DNA of 64,000 nucleotides, taken from NCBI GenBank assembly GCA_021735645.1, contig JAIPGP010000007.1, positions 36-64,035 on the forward strand, read 5' to 3'. A model generated the notes under the pieces. That model was not told the DNA's origin. It ran no database searches and worked only from the letters and a program-made list of their open reading frames with translations. Made by a program: the position numbers and the translations under genes. Shown here piece after piece: positions 1 through 7,145 of the stretch (positions within the stretch are counted from its first letter, which is position 1; every line of letters begins with the position of its first letter). This DNA is from Candidatus Cloacimonadota bacterium. GTDB lineage: Bacteria > Cloacimonadota > Cloacimonadia > Cloacimonadales > TCS61.

Positions 1-365
1 AATAAGTGGATTAAGCTATAATGTAAACCTTTTTGGTTCTGGCTTGTCCAGGTTAGGATTTCACAAATAGCACCAAGTTTCTGGCACAGAATAAGATAGA
101 AAATAATAATAAATATAAAAAATATTCACTGATCATTTTCTAACTTCTCTGTACTCAGAACCTTAGCACTCTATGCAAAAGCCTACTGCATAAAATGGGT
201 TTATTTGATATAACAAAAATTTTAATAAAGCAGAAAGTGTCTATAAATAATAACCGGCAGATAGATAATTCAGATTAGCGTTACGCAGCTGAATCAATCA
301 GACCGAATTTCAGTCAGCAGACGGACTAATCAATTAGTTAACAGGCGATTAAGCAAAGAAAAGTA

Positions 366-394
366 TTGACATATTTGCCGGTATAAACTATCAA
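366..394 (+). promoter_or_regulatory. candidate sigma70-like promoter (TTGACA-17 nt-TATCAA) for the LruC-domain gene
   Basis: TTGACA lies at 366-371, then a 17-nt spacer, then TATCAA at 389-394. This is about 30 nt upstream of the GGAGA Shine-Dalgarno (416-420) and ATG 425. The promoter consensus of this lineage is unknown. Confidence 0.3.
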
Positions 395-424
395 GTATTA
401 GTAGTAATATTACATGGAGAAAAA

Positions 425-1753
425 ATGATAAAAAAAATGAGATTAGTAGTGTTTTTGGCAGCAATTATGCTGATTTTTGGTTGTACATCAAATGATCCGA
501 TGCCATCTTCACAAGCACAAAACATGGAAGATCTGGAAATACCAGATGGATTTGACTGGGACTTCACAAAAATTGTAGAAGTAGAACTTTTTGCCCATGA
601 CACTGAGAATAATCCAGTTCAGGGAGTAGAAGTATCTCTTTATAAGACCCAGAATAATCTGGCATTCAAAATGTCAACTAACCCCATTGGAAGATTAAAG
701 ACCAGTATCACGATGCCGGAGTCAGACAATTCAGTAATTCTGGAATTTGACGGGCAGCAGGTATCCGTGCCAGTGACAGGGAATTCAGTTTATTATGAAA
801 TGACAGTGAATCCAGTAAGAGAGAACCGCGATCGTGGTGGTGACGTGTATGTACCTGGCTATACTTCGGTTTATACTTTGATGTTTGAAGATAACTGGCC
901 AGTCAAGGGAGATTATGATTTCAATGATATGGTAGTGGAATCCAAGTGTCATTTACGCTATGAAGGTTCCGGGGCAACCAATTATCTGAATTATATCGAA
1001 GCAGAAGCAACAGTAATAGCATCAGGTGCCACTTATCATAATGGCTTCAATATCATCTTTGAGACCACAGCTTTTCCGGATATTTCGTTAGGTGATATAA
1101 TAACCTATAGCGCTTATGATTCAGAAGGGCAATTACCAATGACTTCTGAAGAAGTAACTGCTGCTTATGGCACAGAGTTGATCTGGGGTATGGGTACCTC
1201 TGATCATATGCAGTTTAAATTTTTTGATGATATAAATGACGTAATGTCTCCTCCTCAAGGCTATCTGGCAATGAATACTGATAGTAGAGCTCCCTGGGTA
1301 AATCCCATCAAAATCAAGATGAAAATCGACTATGCCGAAACACATCTTATACTATATTCAAATGAAGTAATTGATTTAACTCAATTAAATCCCTATATCA
1401 CAGTTGATAATAATCCTGGCTACGAGATTCACCTTCCAGGTGAATTTGTTACAGACAATTTTAGTCAATCGGCATTATTTGGCACTGGAGATGATTTCGG
1501 TGGATCCTTTACCACAGCAGAAGGATATTCCTGGGGTTTGAAGCTGGAAGGAATACTGGAGTATCCCAAAGAACAGGTAGATATAATCCAGGCATATCCA
1601 CGACTTGCTCAATATTTCGCCGGGGAACTGAGCATATTTGAGAAATGGTGGAGACCTCATCCAGACCCAGATCACTTAGAAGGGAAAGTTTATGATCGAG
1701 GCGATATGACAGCAGATGATCAAGAGAATTATGATTATCATCCACCGGAATAA
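425..1753 (+). CDS. LruC domain-containing lipoprotein (DUF4842-type)
   Basis: 442-aa ORF with a GGAGA SD upstream of the ATG. The N-terminus MIKKMRLVVFLAAIMLIFGC carries a lipobox (IFG|C). FEDNWPVKGDYDFNDMVV matches the signature I recall for LruC-domain proteins. A strong terminator follows. Confidence 0.75.
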   Translation: MIKKMRLVVFLAAIMLIFGCTSNDPMPSSQAQNMEDLEIPDGFDWDFTKIVEVELFAHDTENNPVQGVEVSLYKTQNNLAFKMSTNPIGRLKTSITMPESDNSVILEFDGQQVSVPVTGNSVYYEMTVNPVRENRDRGGDVYVPGYTSVYTLMFEDNWPVKGDYDFNDMVVESKCHLRYEGSGATNYLNYIEAEATVIASGATYHNGFNIIFETTAFPDISLGDIITYSAYDSEGQLPMTSEEVTAAYGTELIWGMGTSDHMQFKFFDDINDVMSPPQGYLAMNTDSRAPWVNPIKIKMKIDYAETHLILYSNEVIDLTQLNPYITVDNNPGYEIHLPGEFVTDNFSQSALFGTGDDFGGSFTTAEGYSWGLKLEGILEYPKEQVDIIQAYPRLAQYFAGELSIFEKWWRPHPDPDHLEGKVYDRGDMTADDQENYDYHPPE

Positions 1754-1775
1754 ATAAAAGAATTTATCACAAAAT

Positions 1776-1806
1776 AAAAAACCCGCTTTGGCGGGTTTTT
1801 TATTTT
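1776..1806. terminator. bidirectional intrinsic terminator between convergent genes
   Basis: The sequence is aaaaaACCCGC-tttg-GCGGGTtttttatttt. A GC stem is flanked by an A-run on one side and a T-run on the other. It sits between the stop of 425..1753 (+) and the stop of 1828..2451 (-). Confidence 0.8.
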
Positions 1807-1827
1807 GTACTTATTTTTTTTATCTGT

Positions 1828-2451
1828 CTAAATGATCCGGGTAATAATATCCATTAATGAGAACCCTATCTGAGGTGGTAAACTGGAATCGTGATTGATC
1901 CTCATGCTGCGGGGCAATTCTATATGCAGGGTATTCCAGCGTTTATCAGTAACCGTTTTAGAGTATTGTGCCGTGAAATATATCTTTTCATAATCACCGG
2001 ATATAGTCAGGTGTGCCAGTTCCGGCACTTTTGATGTTTCAGCGAGCAGTTTTTCGGCAAAAACTTTGCCAAATTCGGGGTTATAGGGCCCCGAAGAGAT
2101 TTCAATATCAAAGGCGGCATTTCTGGAGCCATGTCCATGAACTTCAATTACTAGATCAGGGTTCATGCTTTCTATAAAGCGAAAATAATCTGAACCTTCT
2201 TCTTTATTCGGGTCAAAGAAATAGCGGCTGGCAATAATGCATGAACATTGGAGTTCCTGAGCCAGATAACTGCCGAGAAAGCCGGCATTTTCATCAGCAT
2301 TTCTATCACAAAGCATCCGCAATATGCCTCTGGGAGCATGATGAGGAACAGCTACTACAATATTACTGTCGGATACAATATCGGTCAGCAGGAGAGGGTT
2401 CAATTTATCACTAAGATAATTAGCCCATTTATAATTAAATTTATTATTCAA
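1828..2451 (-). CDS. putative zinc amidohydrolase of the N-formylglutamate amidohydrolase / PghP-like fold (candidate gamma-glutamyl hydrolase)
   Basis: 207-aa ORF, the last gene of the pgs operon, starting 8 nt after the preceding stop. Motifs VPHHAPRG, DENAG, SRYFFDPNK and IEVHGHGS resemble the His/Asp(Glu)/His metal site and D-x-N-[RK] motif of FGase-type hydrolases. The assignment is from memory of those families. The ORF itself is solid; the function is tentative. Confidence 0.55.
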   Translation of the reverse strand: MNNKFNYKWANYLSDKLNPLLLTDIVSDSNIVVAVPHHAPRGILRMLCDRNADENAGFLGSYLAQELQCSCIIASRYFFDPNKEEGSDYFRFIESMNPDLVIEVHGHGSRNAAFDIEISSGPYNPEFGKVFAEKLLAETSKVPELAHLTISGDYEKIYFTAQYSKTVTDKRWNTLHIELPRSMRINHDSSLPPQIGFSLMDIITRII

Positions 2452-2459
2452 AACATTCC

Positions 2460-3494
2460 TTATTTTAGATGAATATCATACAAGAAGGTGATACCGGTTT
2501 TCCAGAAACTGTATTCCTTATCATCAATAACTGATGGGACAGGTGATTCAGTGTTTCGGAAACCATATTCAGCTTTCAGGACAAGAGCCAGATTCTTATG
2601 CAGTGATTTATATATACTGGTCTTAATGGAATGAATATAATCATTGCGTCCGTAATGATAAGTATCAATTTCATACTCGGAGTCAAAATATCGGGTTTCA
2701 AGCTGGTAACTGAGATTTAAAGTAGTTTTTAAGGGCATTTTTTTAAATTTGAGATCGCAACTATAAATATTTGACTGATAGGACGCATCCTTGATCACAT
2801 CTATCAGCTCTGGTTCGGCAAAAGCCTCTTCTGCATCAGCATCAGAGAGCCTCCAGCCATACCGGCAAAGCAGCTCAAACCTGCTTACAGGCTGCCAGTT
2901 CATATAAATATTAGAAGTGATGATGCCAGCATCATACTCAGTGAACCACTTATTGAAAAATAATTGTGAATATTGCAGTCCATACCTGAAGGTAAGATTT
3001 TTATGCATATCCCACTTAAGATCAGCAGTATAATAATTCTTACTATACTCAAATTTGTGATATTCATCATCAATTACACTATGATATTGTCTGACATAAA
3101 TCTGCGGGTAATAGTAATATTTAAAGCTCAGGTCCAGCTTCCGGTTAAAATACTGCCTGATCCCGAATGAGAGATAGCCAGTATCTTTGACGGAATTTTC
3201 CAGATATTTATCAAAACTGAGTCTTAGTTCATCAATCTGAGTATGACCATTAAAGAAGTAGTTTTTTAATTTAAATGAATAAGTCATATTCATGATCATA
3301 TCGTCAAGAGCTGAGATCAGATATTTTTCCGGATTATCATTATTGAGAAATTCGTCCTGATCATCCCCGGATAGCAGGACCACATTACTATCATACTCGA
3401 ATCCAATATCAATTCCACTATCAAGAGTGATCTTGCGAGACCATAAAGAGATCATGGTTAAAAGTATCAGAGTAACTAAAAGAAATCTTTTCAT
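2460..3494 (-). CDS. secreted Tyr-rich protein, probable outer-membrane beta-barrel
   Basis: 344-aa ORF with signal peptide MKRFLLVTLILLTMISLWS. It has an N-proximal FEYDSNV motif, an alternating aromatic/polar pattern throughout, and many Y/N/D residues. It starts 1 nt after the upstream stop, so it is probably co-transcribed with the pgs genes. Confidence 0.55.
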   Translation of the reverse strand: MKRFLLVTLILLTMISLWSRKITLDSGIDIGFEYDSNVVLLSGDDQDEFLNNDNPEKYLISALDDMIMNMTYSFKLKNYFFNGHTQIDELRLSFDKYLENSVKDTGYLSFGIRQYFNRKLDLSFKYYYYPQIYVRQYHSVIDDEYHKFEYSKNYYTADLKWDMHKNLTFRYGLQYSQLFFNKWFTEYDAGIITSNIYMNWQPVSRFELLCRYGWRLSDADAEEAFAEPELIDVIKDASYQSNIYSCDLKFKKMPLKTTLNLSYQLETRYFDSEYEIDTYHYGRNDYIHSIKTSIYKSLHKNLALVLKAEYGFRNTESPVPSVIDDKEYSFWKTGITFLYDIHLK

Positions 3495-3495
3495 A

Positions 3496-4362
3496 CTATT
3501 TTTTTCCTACAGCTGATTTTGAGATATATAATCTGTATAATATTCCTTGAGGCTGTGAATCCACTATTTTTACGGTATGCTTACCTTTAGGGATATTGAT
3601 GATATTAATTTTACCCTGGGTCACAATGCTGCTGCTGTCAGCGAGGCAGGAAGTGGAATAAGGCAGAGAATCCGCTGCTTCCAGAATTTCTTTATCATCC
3701 AGGTATGCTTTCCAATTAAAGGAAAGATTTTCTACTTTATCAACGATTAACCGATTAATGATCTTAAGATTAAGCGGTCCCTGGAGATCAAGAGCAATGC
3801 CATTATAGTTACCCTGATAATAGGTATAAACCTTGTCATTTACCAGGATATCGAGGCTGTTATCATAATAATCTGGCGGATAGGCAATGTAATCTGTATC
3901 TGTTTTATGTTTTTTTACCTTCCTGGTATCAGGATTAACTTTAACGAGCATCGGATGACCTGAGGAATTATTGATAACCAGTTTTTTTCCTGGTAAGGTA
4001 AGATAAAATCTATAACTGTTCCAGGACGAAACCTTATCTCCATTAACTCCCCGGGAAATATTACTGAATCTAATATTCCTGCTAACCTTATGTGATTCTC
4101 CGTCATAAACTGCATCATAAAAATACTGGGAATCAGCGACGGCATTTGTGATGAGACGGCTGATGACAGTAATGCTGTCTGGAGCTGATGTTTCCCAGCT
4201 ATATTTCTCACCCGGCATTAGTTTTATGTATTTATAAAGCTTTCCACTGGATGAATTAAATACATAATACTTTTTTTGTTTTTGGCTGGCATTTACAACC
4301 ATGATCACCATCAAAACAAAAATCAATAGAAATATTACTTTTTCTCTGGTTATATTTTTCAT
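3496..4362 (-). CDS. hypothetical signal-anchored/secreted protein of the pgs operon
   Basis: The ORF track gives 3496..4386, overlapping the upstream gene by 23 nt. I prefer ATG 4362 (MKNITREKVIFLLIFVLMVIMVVNA|SQ), which is 1 nt after the upstream TGA and has GAGG upstream. I recognised no domain. Confidence 0.6.
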   Translation of the reverse strand: MKNITREKVIFLLIFVLMVIMVVNASQKQKKYYVFNSSSGKLYKYIKLMPGEKYSWETSAPDSITVISRLITNAVADSQYFYDAVYDGESHKVSRNIRFSNISRGVNGDKVSSWNSYRFYLTLPGKKLVINNSSGHPMLVKVNPDTRKVKKHKTDTDYIAYPPDYYDNSLDILVNDKVYTYYQGNYNGIALDLQGPLNLKIINRLIVDKVENLSFNWKAYLDDKEILEAADSLPYSTSCLADSSSIVTQGKINIINIPKGKHTVKIVDSQPQGILYRLYISKSAVGKK

Positions 4363-4363
4363 A

Positions 4364-5464
4364 TCAGGCATTAACCTCATCATCACGTAATTTCATCTGA
4401 CTATGATCAAAAATGATCACAATTGAGATAAGAGCTATCAATATAAACAGCGAAATGATAGCTATTGTAACATTATACCTTTCATCCACAAACATGCTTC
4501 CGATTCCAACTTCAGGAATTGGCACCGGTGCCTGAGGTAATTCATAACTGCGGGCTATCCTGGTTACATCAGCCAAATGAATGATGGGTGTGCCATTTTC
4601 AGCGAATTCAAACATGGTGCCCTTGCGAGGAATATTATTATTATGAATATTCCTGTGATAGCCATCAGTGATCAATCTGCCATTAATAGAAGACCCGATT
4701 GAGGATAATCCACCACCGATATTTATATAGGCATCATATTTTTTATAACTTTCACGATAAATATCCATCTTTTTCCTGATATTTCCATCCAGATCATTTT
4801 CACGAACCAGGGTTACTCCGTTTCTTTCAATAGCCTTCAAGATCATATCTCTACCCAGGACATTCAATCCCCTTCCCAGGTCTCTGCCACCACCTATCGA
4901 GGCAGCTTTTGTCTTATAGGGGAAAATTCCCTCATTATATAGAAATGACTCCATATCCAGCCAGGTGAATTCCGGGTCAGTTGCCCCAAACATGGAAGCT
5001 CCTACAGAATTGATGCTTACAACTTTTAATCCTAATACCTTTGCCGCCGAATAAATGGCAATATTGATAGCAGGATACGAGCTGGTGGAACTAACGGCGA
5101 TTCGATCACCTTCAGAAAGTTTAGCCTTTTTGAATAAGGAAATAATCACCGCCGCATAATTAGGGTTCAAGCTGGTTAATTTACCTTCCAGGGAACCTCT
5201 ATCAGTAGTAATCGGTGTTTCTTTGAGACCAATAATACCACTTTGATTGGGATCATTTTCCGGGTCACAATAAGCTCCACAAAAAGTACGATATTCACTT
5301 AGAGCATCTGTAGCCTGCTTCATCAGCTGGGCTGCTTCCATCTTTTCTGAATAATCCTTCTCTTTGATGAACATGCGTGAGTTATTTACCCAGATAAACA
5401 ACAAGATGGAAATAATAAATAAAATTATTAAACTTAAATTAGACTTTGCACTTGGTACAAACAT
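4364..5464 (-). CDS. poly-gamma-glutamate system protein (non-PgsA third component), bitopic membrane protein
   Basis: 366-aa ORF starting 10 nt after pgsC. An N-terminal TM (LSLIILFIISILLFIWV) and a C-terminal TM (VTIAIISLFILIALISIVIIF) flank a ~300-aa domain. It occupies the PgsA/CapA slot but lacks the GD..GR, NNH, HWG.E and GHHPH motifs I recall for PgsA. This fits the family named 'poly-gamma-glutamate system protein'. The family call is by position and topology only. Confidence 0.55.
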   Translation of the reverse strand: MFVPSAKSNLSLIILFIISILLFIWVNNSRMFIKEKDYSEKMEAAQLMKQATDALSEYRTFCGAYCDPENDPNQSGIIGLKETPITTDRGSLEGKLTSLNPNYAAVIISLFKKAKLSEGDRIAVSSTSSYPAINIAIYSAAKVLGLKVVSINSVGASMFGATDPEFTWLDMESFLYNEGIFPYKTKAASIGGGRDLGRGLNVLGRDMILKAIERNGVTLVRENDLDGNIRKKMDIYRESYKKYDAYINIGGGLSSIGSSINGRLITDGYHRNIHNNNIPRKGTMFEFAENGTPIIHLADVTRIARSYELPQAPVPIPEVGIGSMFVDERYNVTIAIISLFILIALISIVIIFDHSQMKLRDDEVNA

Positions 5465-5474
5465 ATTCCTGCCC

Positions 5475-5930
5475 TTACATTATTGAAATTAATTCACCGC
5501 CAAAGACAATATTGATCATTAATCTAACCAATACTGCGGCGACAAACATAACGGTTAAAGTTCTGGTGATGCCCTGTTTTGCCATGGCATTTGCTATCAA
5601 TCCCGGGATAATATAACCAATTACATTCACGGAGTAATCTGCCGGAATTCCCGAATAAATTCCATAAGTTCGCACCAGCCAGCCAAATATAAAGCCCAGC
5701 AGGATAGAGATCACCATACGGCGGCGCCCATATATGAACATGACCTTTCCCAGCAGTTTAACTATCAGATATACGGCAAAACTTATTATCAGAGTCCCCA
5801 GTATCGTCCAGGGCTGATGTAAAAACATGGCAATATATCCCGCAACTACTATACCTCCGGCTGTTGTACCAAAGGTTTCCAGAAAGAATAAACTTACTAA
5901 TACTCCTAAACCAATAGCAGCTTCAAACAT
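5475..5930 (-). CDS. pgsC: poly-gamma-glutamate biosynthesis membrane protein PgsC/CapC
   Basis: 151-aa polytopic membrane ORF. The N-terminus (GLGVLVSLFFLETFG..AGGIVVAGYIAMFLHQP) and GYIIPGLIANAMAKQG align by eye with B. subtilis PgsC (149 aa, ...GIIVPGLIANTIQRQG...). It starts 2 nt after pgsB. Confidence 0.85.
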   Translation of the reverse strand: MFEAAIGLGVLVSLFFLETFGTTAGGIVVAGYIAMFLHQPWTILGTLIISFAVYLIVKLLGKVMFIYGRRRMVISILLGFIFGWLVRTYGIYSGIPADYSVNVIGYIIPGLIANAMAKQGITRTLTVMFVAAVLVRLMINIVFGGELISIM

Positions 5931-5932
5931 TA

Positions 5933-7093
5933 TTAATTACTCCTCTCTTTGAAATAATCGACAATTGGACCTCCATTACCGCCAATATTACCTATACCGA
6001 AAACCAGAATCTTTTCTGGCTCTAAAGTACATATTTCTTTAACCAGTTCATCACCCTTACACCAGCCCAGTGGGAAAATCTTTTCGGCAGGAATCCCATG
6101 CCCGGTGGCGTAATTGTGAATCGTCAGTTCCTGATCACCAATCAGGAATAAACCATTAAACTTATGTGTACCCAGCATTTCCGTAAGCTGCCGGGAACGG
6201 TACATACGGTCTGCTCTCGTATTCAGTACAATAGCGACACCCGGAACCTCAGAATGAATTTTATGGATATATTCCATAAGAACGAAAGTGGATTCGGGAT
6301 CATTGGCAGCAAAGGAATGAGCAAAGTATAATTCTTTACCATTCACTTTATATTTAAAAATCTCCGTTGCTCCAATATCGGGAATGGAATTATACATTCC
6401 CTTTATCGCAACTTCTTTTTCTACTCCACAGCGTCGGCATACTTCCAGAGATAATGCCAGATTATCCTTATGCTCTATCCACTTGAAACCACGCATATCT
6501 TCATCTGTGATATTTTCTTTGCTCACATACTCAAATTCCGTATGTCGGTGGTCTGCCACTTTTTTCATCAGCGGGAATACTTTATTTTCAGAAGTTAAGA
6601 TAATCCCGTGATCAGGAATTGTATTACACATTGATAATGTAACATTTCTTAAACCGGGACCCATCACATCCAGATGATCCGGCCGTGAATTTGTGATCAC
6701 TCCGATGGTGGATTTCACCATCTTGTGCTCAGTTGTCCACTGATACTCAGGCGTAACTGCCATACATTCCAGCACCAGGTAATCAATATTCCTTTTGGCG
6801 GCAAATTTGATGATCTTCAATTGTTCCCTGATATTTGCCCCAAATAGACGCACAATTGCCCTTTCTCTGCCACTGGGATAAATTATCCGTGGTGCTGAAC
6901 CGGTAGTTTTAGCAATCACGCGATAGTTCCCGGCTCGCAGTCCGGCAGCAATCAAACGGGTAACGCTTGATTTTCCACGTGTTCCATTCACATGGATTAT
7001 CTGGGGAATTTTTTTCCGGTTTCGCCTGTGATCCCAGTACTCATGTACACCCCAGCCAATGAGAAGCAATAATCCGATAATTAAACCTAACAT
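5933..7093 (-). CDS. pgsB: poly-gamma-glutamate synthase PgsB/CapB (Mur-ligase-like amide ligase)
   Basis: 386-aa ORF. An N-terminal membrane helix is followed by the P-loop HVNGTRGKSSVTRLIAAGL, typical of PgsB/CapB and Mur/FolC ligases. Its length is close to B. subtilis PgsB, and pgsC follows directly. Confidence 0.85.
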   Translation of the reverse strand: MLGLIIGLLLLIGWGVHEYWDHRRNRKKIPQIIHVNGTRGKSSVTRLIAAGLRAGNYRVIAKTTGSAPRIIYPSGRERAIVRLFGANIREQLKIIKFAAKRNIDYLVLECMAVTPEYQWTTEHKMVKSTIGVITNSRPDHLDVMGPGLRNVTLSMCNTIPDHGIILTSENKVFPLMKKVADHRHTEFEYVSKENITDEDMRGFKWIEHKDNLALSLEVCRRCGVEKEVAIKGMYNSIPDIGATEIFKYKVNGKELYFAHSFAANDPESTFVLMEYIHKIHSEVPGVAIVLNTRADRMYRSRQLTEMLGTHKFNGLFLIGDQELTIHNYATGHGIPAEKIFPLGWCKGDELVKEICTLEPEKILVFGIGNIGGNGGPIVDYFKERSN

Positions 7094-7107
7094 ACTTCCT
7101 TTTTTAT

Positions 7108-7139
7108 TCAGCAGGGGAAAGCCAGCTTTCCCCTGCTGA
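7108..7139 (-). terminator. perfect 14-bp GC-rich hairpin after C25 paralog A (terminator/attenuator-like, no U-tract)
   Basis: TCAGCAGGGGAAAG-ccag-CTTTCCCCTGCTGA lies 7 nt below the stop at 7146. On the minus-strand transcript it is followed by AAUAAAAAAGG (the pgsB SD region), not a U-run. Confidence 0.35.
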
Positions 7140-7145
7140 GATTAT

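Noticed and set aside
53-65. Shared 13-mer AGGATTTCACAAA at about 53-65 and 27011-27023 as a possible dispersed motif
   Set aside because: In a 64-kb AT-rich window, exact 13-mer matches are expected by chance many times over. The flanks show no further similarity.
391-603. 70-aa minus-strand ORF overlapping the start of the LruC-domain gene
   Set aside because: It overlaps the lipoprotein signal-peptide region of a well-supported plus-strand gene. It has no SD and no recognisable features.
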